From: Desulfurococcaceae archaeon
GTDB lineage: Archaea; Thermoproteota; Thermoprotei_A; Sulfolobales; Desulfurococcaceae
Length of the DNA: 64,000 bases
Direction of reading: 5' to 3'
Assembly: GCA_038816475.1 (NCBI GenBank)
Contig: JAWBAI010000007.1
Span: 1-64,000, forward strand
The notes under the pieces were generated by a model that saw only the letters and a program-made list of their open reading frames with translations, was not told the origin of the DNA and searched no databases. The translations under genes were made by a program, and so were the position numbers. This document shows positions 58,517 through 64,000 of the stretch, one piece after another (within the stretch, counting starts at the first letter, position 1; every line of letters begins with the position of its first letter).

Positions 58517-60015
58517 TTCTTGTCACTGGTAAAATAGCCTGTAGTCACCTGGAAAACATAGCTGATGAAGCTAGAAGCAAGCTTAAAATAGACACAGCTG
58601 TTCTCTGCTTACCGATCCCGGTTGCAGCGATGATCACAGCTGAATACCTAGCAAGAGAACTACCAAGATACAGGGACATTGTGCACGGAGCTGACCTCAT
58701 CGTGGTTCCTGGCTTCGCGAGCGGTGATATGAGATTAGTCAAGCAGGTAATTGGTGTGGAGGTGGTAAAAGGTCCAAGGTACGCTCACGACCTTATTCAC
58801 GTACTTAAGTTGGTAACAGAGGGATTCAAGCTCTCACCACTTGAACCAGCCGATGAGGTCTTAGCCGAGTATCTACGAGACCGAGAGTACGAAGTTTTAA
58901 GCCAATCGAGATCAAAGGCTTCGGCGAACAAAGTGTTCGAAATCGGAGGGTTACCCGTTAGCTCCGAGTATCCACTGTTGATCGCCGAGGTGTACGCTGA
59001 TGTTACGTCTGTGAACGTAGAAAACCTTATGTATTCCGATATCATCGTGATTGGAGCATCCCATGGTGCACCACACGAAAGAGTTAAAGAACTCATTGAG
59101 AACATTAGGAGAGCTACGGGTAAACCCGTCGGAATAGACTCCCCGGAGCTGAACCTCGTATTAGAGCTAGCTGAATCTGTTGAGCTTATTAACGGTGTAC
59201 CTGTGGACATGGTAGATCAACTGGTAAACTACGCGGATACTATTGGCGATAAACCCATTGTTATCACATCACCTCAGCATAGTGCTGAAGAGCGAGTAAG
59301 TGTTCTCCTAGAAGCTCACGACAAGCTAAGGAGAGCTGGTTTCAAAAGAATAGTACTTGACCCTGTTCTATCACCGCCACTTATTGGTCTTTCAGAGTCC
59401 CTTAAAGCGTACATAGAGCTTAAGAGAAGAGCAAGAAGCGTTCCACTCCTGATGGGCGTAGGCAATGTTACAGAGTTAGCCGATGTAGATAGCGTGGGGC
59501 TTAACGCTCTGCTTGCTTTCATCGGCGTGGAGTTGGGCGTTGAACTGTTCTTAACAACGGAAGCAAGTGTTAAAACAAGAGGCTGTATTCGTGAACTAAG
59601 AAGAGCTCTTGATATGGCCGTTGTTGCACGTGAACTCAAACGCCCACCAAAAGACCTCTCTCTCAATCTCCTATACCTTAAAAGCAAGAAGCGCACCACC
59701 CTGGAGTTGCCTACTGCTCGGGAGATCGTAGAAGCCCGTGAGAAGCACAAGGTAATTCCAGATCCCAGAGGCTACTTCAAGATCCACGTAGACCACGACT
59801 CGGACATGATTGTACTGCAGCACTACAGATACGACTCAAAAGAACCAACCCTGGAAATCAGAGGTAAAGATCCATATTGCATACTGCGGGTTTTAATTGA
59901 AAGAAACCTTGCATCCAGGCTTGATCACTACTTCTACATAGGTTATGAGCTTGCAAAAGCCGAGATTGCACTGAAGATAGGGAAAGAGTACGTGCAAGAC
60001 GAGAACCTCTTTTAA
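58507..60015 (+). CDS. Dihydropteroate synthase-like protein (MJ0107 family, DUF4346-like tail)
   Basis: Frame open from ACG 58507 (KVVLVTGK...LPIPVAA family N-terminus); GNVTELADVDS.G.N, DPRGYFKI, H..Y.GYEL.KAE. Confidence 0.88.
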   Translation, partial: TKVVLVTGKIACSHLENIADEARSKLKIDTAVLCLPIPVAAMITAEYLARELPRYRDIVHGADLIVVPGFASGDMRLVKQVIGVEVVKGPRYAHDLIHVLKLVTEGFKLSPLEPADEVLAEYLRDREYEVLSQSRSKASANKVFEIGGLPVSSEYPLLIAEVYADVTSVNVENLMYSDIIVIGASHGAPHERVKELIENIRRATGKPVGIDSPELNLVLELAESVELINGVPVDMVDQLVNYADTIGDKPIVITSPQHSAEERVSVLLEAHDKLRRAGFKRIVLDPVLSPPLIGLSESLKAYIELKRRARSVPLLMGVGNVTELADVDSVGLNALLAFIGVELGVELFLTTEASVKTRGCIRELRRALDMAVVARELKRPPKDLSLNLLYLKSKKRTTLELPTAREIVEAREKHKVIPDPRGYFKIHVDHDSDMIVLQHYRYDSKEPTLEIRGKDPYCILRVLIERNLASRLDHYFYIGYELAKAEIALKIGKEYVQDENLF

Positions 60016-60182
60016 GCTATAGTACTGGTTCTTCGCTTAATTTGTTCACATGCTTTTATCGGACTCAACTGGTTGCAAAGAACTAACTGCACATAGAAAC
60101 CCCCATGTTTATTCACAAAGCTGTTCGGTTCAGCCGACAACCCTTTTACACCTGACACTGCGTTATTTAGGAGCTTTACCAA

Positions 60183-60404
60183 GTGGTTTTACATGGTGTC
60201 ATTTTGAAAACTATCAAGTGCCCTTACTGCGGGTTTGAGGACAAATCACCCGAGTTCATCTACATCTACGAGGCTACACTCTACGTTTACAATGGAGAAG
60301 TTGAACGCGAGGAGAGGGAAAGACCTGTTCTCGTTATCTGTCCAAGGTGTAAGCAAGGTTTCTTCCTAGAGGACCCCTACGCTAGGGCTAAAAAGACTTT
60401 GTGA
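60183..60404 (+). CDS. Small CPxCG zinc-finger protein
   Basis: CPYCG...CPRCKQG; real start probably TTG near 60204. Confidence 0.75.
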   Translation: MVLHGVILKTIKCPYCGFEDKSPEFIYIYEATLYVYNGEVEREERERPVLVICPRCKQGFFLEDPYARAKKTL

Positions 60405-60540
60405 ATCACTTGTGCAAATGCATCGTTGTACGGGAGAACTTCGTTGTTTTGCAAAGACGCCAAATGCTATTAAAGCTGAATTTGCATATATACAACTGTA
60501 ACACCTTATTAGAGGCTAAGTAAGCGTTGATTAGGGCTTA

Positions 60541-62184
60541 GTGATGTCAGAGGTGCTTGAACCTTTAGTGGTGATAAGCTTGGAGCATGCTGGTGAAGAG
60601 TTCAAACCAAAACTGTTCATGCCCTACAACGGTCAGATCAGAGATCCCATCCATGGCTACATAGACTACATAAAGGAGCTTGAAGGAGCCGTTATGGACA
60701 GCTGGGTAATGCAGAGACTTAGATACATTTATCAGCTTCAGGCTGCACACTTCGTGTATCCCGGTGCCACGCACACAAGGTTTTCCCACTCCCTTGGCGT
60801 AATGCACTTGTCCTACAAGTACATTACGCTCGTTCTTAGATCCTCCATCGAAAGCCTTCCAAGCAATGAAAGATCCTTTGCTACTAGGTACTACAGAGAG
60901 ATAACTACGGCAACCAGGCTTCTCGGGCTATTGCACGATATAGGTCATGGACCCTTTAGTCACGCCTTCGACAAGCACGTCTACATGCAGAAGAAGTTCT
61001 TAAACTACAGAGTTGGAAACCACGAGGTTCTAGGCTACGTTCTCTACAAGTTCTACGTGAGAGACCTCATCGAGAAAGCCTTGGTCGAAAATAGAAGTAC
61101 ACTTGAGCTAGACGTTGATACAACACTTGAACTCCTAGATGCTGGAATGAAGCCGTCCACTGGAGTGAAAATGTTCACAGATCTGCTAAGCAAAAATGTA
61201 CTTAGTGAAAACGATTTCTTTGTACCTGAGAAGCACAACGGATTCGAAGTTGTATCCAGGATCATAGTAAGGGACTACATATACACAAGTGACATCATGG
61301 ACTATCTGAAGCGCGATAGCTACTTCACAGGTGTTCCAATGGGTCAAATAAACGATGACTGGATTATTAGAAACTCATACGTGCTTGAAAAGAACGGTAG
61401 ATTAACCATCGGTGTTGCTTCTAAAGCTCTCGACGAGATTGCAAGACTATTCGATGCTAGAAAACTCATGTACAAGTACGTCTACTTGCACCCGGTAAAC
61501 GTAGCCTTCATAGAGACCTTAGGTTCCCTGCTACCCTGCATAAAGAGCTTCATAGCAGATGTTCTAGAAAAGGTCATCAACGACCCCGGAAAAGTTGAAC
61601 ACTACATGAAGTTGACAGATCACTCGATATACTCTAAACTGCAAGAGTTACTCATAAACCCAGAAGCTTCGGAGTGCGAAGATAAATCCTACGTTAAGAA
61701 AGCGCTGGAAACACTGTTCTACAAGAGAAAGCCACTATGGAAGCAAGTTACGAGATTAACGTACGACCTCAGAGAAGCCAGTGTTCTCTACGGTGAAATA
61801 GGAATGAGGGTTCAAGAGCTGATCAAGGATAAGATAAGGCAGGAAGTATCAGCTTCTCTAAGGTCCAAGAACGTTGAACCACAAAACATTGAAGTAGTAT
61901 TCGACAAAATAGACGTTTATCCAACTGCAGGAAGCGAGATACTGGACAAGATCGAAATCGTAGATGTAAAGAACGGGAAACTAGTGTACGTGGAGTCGAT
62001 TGATCTGAACGATTTTGCGGAAAAGGCGGGTCTTAAACCTGAAGCCTTGATTACAATTTACGTTGATAGAGACGTATACAAGAGACTCGAGGGCGATGAC
62101 ATATCGAAGGTAATTGATGTATCGAAGAGTATTGTTGAAAGCTCAATTAAAGGAAAAAGAAAAGAAATACCTGAAACCAGCTAA
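60541..62184 (+). CDS. HD-domain phosphohydrolase (dNTPase/SAMHD1-like)
   Basis: IRDPIHG, QRLR...QL, HTRFSHSLG, LLHDIGHGPFSH, DYLKRD. Confidence 0.92.
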   Translation: MMSEVLEPLVVISLEHAGEEFKPKLFMPYNGQIRDPIHGYIDYIKELEGAVMDSWVMQRLRYIYQLQAAHFVYPGATHTRFSHSLGVMHLSYKYITLVLRSSIESLPSNERSFATRYYREITTATRLLGLLHDIGHGPFSHAFDKHVYMQKKFLNYRVGNHEVLGYVLYKFYVRDLIEKALVENRSTLELDVDTTLELLDAGMKPSTGVKMFTDLLSKNVLSENDFFVPEKHNGFEVVSRIIVRDYIYTSDIMDYLKRDSYFTGVPMGQINDDWIIRNSYVLEKNGRLTIGVASKALDEIARLFDARKLMYKYVYLHPVNVAFIETLGSLLPCIKSFIADVLEKVINDPGKVEHYMKLTDHSIYSKLQELLINPEASECEDKSYVKKALETLFYKRKPLWKQVTRLTYDLREASVLYGEIGMRVQELIKDKIRQEVSASLRSKNVEPQNIEVVFDKIDVYPTAGSEILDKIEIVDVKNGKLVYVESIDLNDFAEKAGLKPEALITIYVDRDVYKRLEGDDISKVIDVSKSIVESSIKGKRKEIPETS

Positions 62185-62204
62185 ACCCACGGTGGATAAA
62201 ACCT

Positions 62205-63047
62205 TTGTTAATTTTTAACGACTTGATGACAATTCTTAGAGAGATTCTAAGGTTCATAGTCAGCATACTCATACTTATAACCCTGGCATCTATTCTTGCT
62301 AGGAGAAAGAAACAGTATACCCCTACACTGCTGAGCGAATTTAAACTCAAATTGAGAACCACGCCACACGCAATAATTCTACCTACTACTCTAAGGTACG
62401 AGCATGGGTACATTCGTCTTAGAAAAATACTCAGCGCTCACGTTACCGGCGAAGAAGTTAGAGCGGAGTGGAAAGGATCAAAGACTGTTCGCGAAGATAA
62501 CTTCATAGATGTTCGCGAGCTGTGCATGGATCCGCCTCTCCTCGCGAAGAGCGAAACCATGTACCAAGCACTCTTACCCGGTGTTATGGTCATGAACGGT
62601 AAGTACAAAGGAGCGGTAATCGCGTGCTTCAACACGAGTAGACTGAACGCGAAAGGCTTTATACACGACCTATACGAGTACGGGTTTACAAAGGGGTACG
62701 TGGAGATCTCGGGCGGTATCATAAAGGTCCTTCTTGAACACCAGGATTTTGGAGCTGGGAATGGTAAGAAGTCCAGAGTGAAACTGGATTTATGCTCAGT
62801 GAGGAACATTAGATCATGTATGCGAATCCTGGAGTTAACGGGTAGCGGTGTAAGAGAACTCAAGTACACGTATCCTGTTACCAGGTTAGTAATTATCGGT
62901 TACAGTAACGGTGAGGGTTTCGATGAACTCTTTAAAATCATAGACAAAGCACCGAGTGTTATAGGTCCTGGACTAGTGCTTAGGCTTACCACTAAGAGAG
63001 GTTTTACAAAGCGGGTTACTATGAGCGCGCTGGAGTACTTTGGTTGA
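62205..63047 (+). CDS. Hypothetical membrane-anchored protein
   Basis: N-terminal TM helix, 280-aa ORF. Confidence 0.6.
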   Translation: MLIFNDLMTILREILRFIVSILILITLASILARRKKQYTPTLLSEFKLKLRTTPHAIILPTTLRYEHGYIRLRKILSAHVTGEEVRAEWKGSKTVREDNFIDVRELCMDPPLLAKSETMYQALLPGVMVMNGKYKGAVIACFNTSRLNAKGFIHDLYEYGFTKGYVEISGGIIKVLLEHQDFGAGNGKKSRVKLDLCSVRNIRSCMRILELTGSGVRELKYTYPVTRLVIIGYSNGEGFDELFKIIDKAPSVIGPGLVLRLTTKRGFTKRVTMSALEYFG

Positions 63048-63108
63048 GCAATTGCGGAGCCCTCCAAGTGTATATTAGACCCTACAGTTTTGTACTATTG
63101 ACCTAGGG

Positions 63109-63606
63109 ATGCTTATGAACAGTTTGCTATTACTGCAAGCTGTTATAATAGCTTTTCTACCCATCTTCGAAGTTCGCGGTGCAATACCCTTAGTTGTTTT
63201 CACGGCTAGTACTCCAGCTGAGTTTTACCTCGGGGTAATTCTCTCAGTGGTTTCGAACATGCTTGTACCGCTCGTAGCCTTTAAGCTACTAGAGTACCTG
63301 GACTACGTTGTGAACCACGAAAGAACGCCCCGTTCTCTTAAGAGACTTTACAGCTGGTTACTAACTCTGGGAAGAAAACGGGCCTCGAAGCTTAGAACAG
63401 GTAGTTATGTAGCTCTTGCACTATTCGTTGGCTTACCATTTCCGGCAACGGGTGCATGGACAGGTACTCTTGTAGCATTTGTTCTCGGGATGAACAAGAG
63501 GAAAGCTACTCTCTGGATAATCCTTGGTGTTTTAATAGCATCATTCATAGTTCTTCTAGCATCTGTACTCGGGCTAGAAGTTCTAAAGAAGGTATTTCTA
63601 CTGTAG
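63109..63606 (+). CDS. Small multidrug export family protein (COG2426)
   Basis: LPIFEVRGAIP, FVGLPFPATGAWTG. Confidence 0.88.
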   Translation: MLMNSLLLLQAVIIAFLPIFEVRGAIPLVVFTASTPAEFYLGVILSVVSNMLVPLVAFKLLEYLDYVVNHERTPRSLKRLYSWLLTLGRKRASKLRTGSYVALALFVGLPFPATGAWTGTLVAFVLGMNKRKATLWIILGVLIASFIVLLASVLGLEVLKKVFLL

Positions 63607-63701
63607 CTTCAGTTAAGACAACTCTGCAGAGGAATTCGGTTTTAAACTCGGTATGAATACCCCGTGCTTGGTGATACGAAGAGAGCTGTTGGGTGCTTAA
63701 C

Positions 63702-64000
63702 ATGGAATCTACGCTTGGAGCCTACAGGGATAGAGTAATTAATGGACCTATCGGAAAAACACTCCTATGGCTTGGTCTACCGCTCATGGCTGTACAGCTA
63801 GTACACGTGTCCTACAACATTGCCGATGCCTACTGGCTTAGCCGATACAGCGAGTACGCTTATGCTGCTCCGAGACAGATATGGCCTTTTTTCATGTTTC
63901 TAAATGCGATAGCAATGGGTATATCAACAGCTAACACAGCGTTGATAAGTCAAGCTATTGGTGCTAAGGATTACGAGTACGCTAAAAGAGTTATATCGTA
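63702..64000 (+). CDS. MATE family efflux transporter (5' part, truncated by window)
   Basis: Own translation MESTLGAYRDRVINGPIGKTLLWLGLP...YNIADAYWLS...ISQAIGAKDY. Confidence 0.88.
   Translation, partial: MESTLGAYRDRVINGPIGKTLLWLGLPLMAVQLVHVSYNIADAYWLSRYSEYAYAAPRQIWPFFMFLNAIAMGISTANTALISQAIGAKDYEYAKRVIS

Overview
Chromosomal window from a hyperthermophilic crenarchaeon, most consistent with Desulfurococcales/Desulfurococcaceae (inferred from the 23S and tRNA sequences, S25e, a ThermoDBP-related protein and the A1Ao ATP synthase c-subunit type). It contains the 3' end of 23S rRNA, three tRNAs (Pro-TGG, Ile-GAT, Gly-CCC), xerA, proS, a full A-type ATP synthase operon, a stand-alone nurA-herA pair beside a DHH/HDAC/CYTH/solo-Cas4 run, a tungsten AOR/FOR, a 7-gene Mrp antiporter, hypDCE, a GltPh-like symporter and a methanopterin-type pterin cluster. 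No CRISPR array or transposase is seen. The intergenic DNA is rich in unannotated RNAs, including five box C/D guide candidates (three with plausible targets: 16S C1402, 16S U52, tRNA-Leu C34) and two other structured elements. The strongest novelty is at 54695-54876 (minus strand): a free-standing 75-bp uninterrupted RNA duplex (61 Watson-Crick plus 14 G-U pairs, GAAA loop) closed by a canonical bulge-helix-bulge splice motif. It is predicted to be excised and ligated into a 161-nt rod-like circular RNA with no host tRNA or rRNA.
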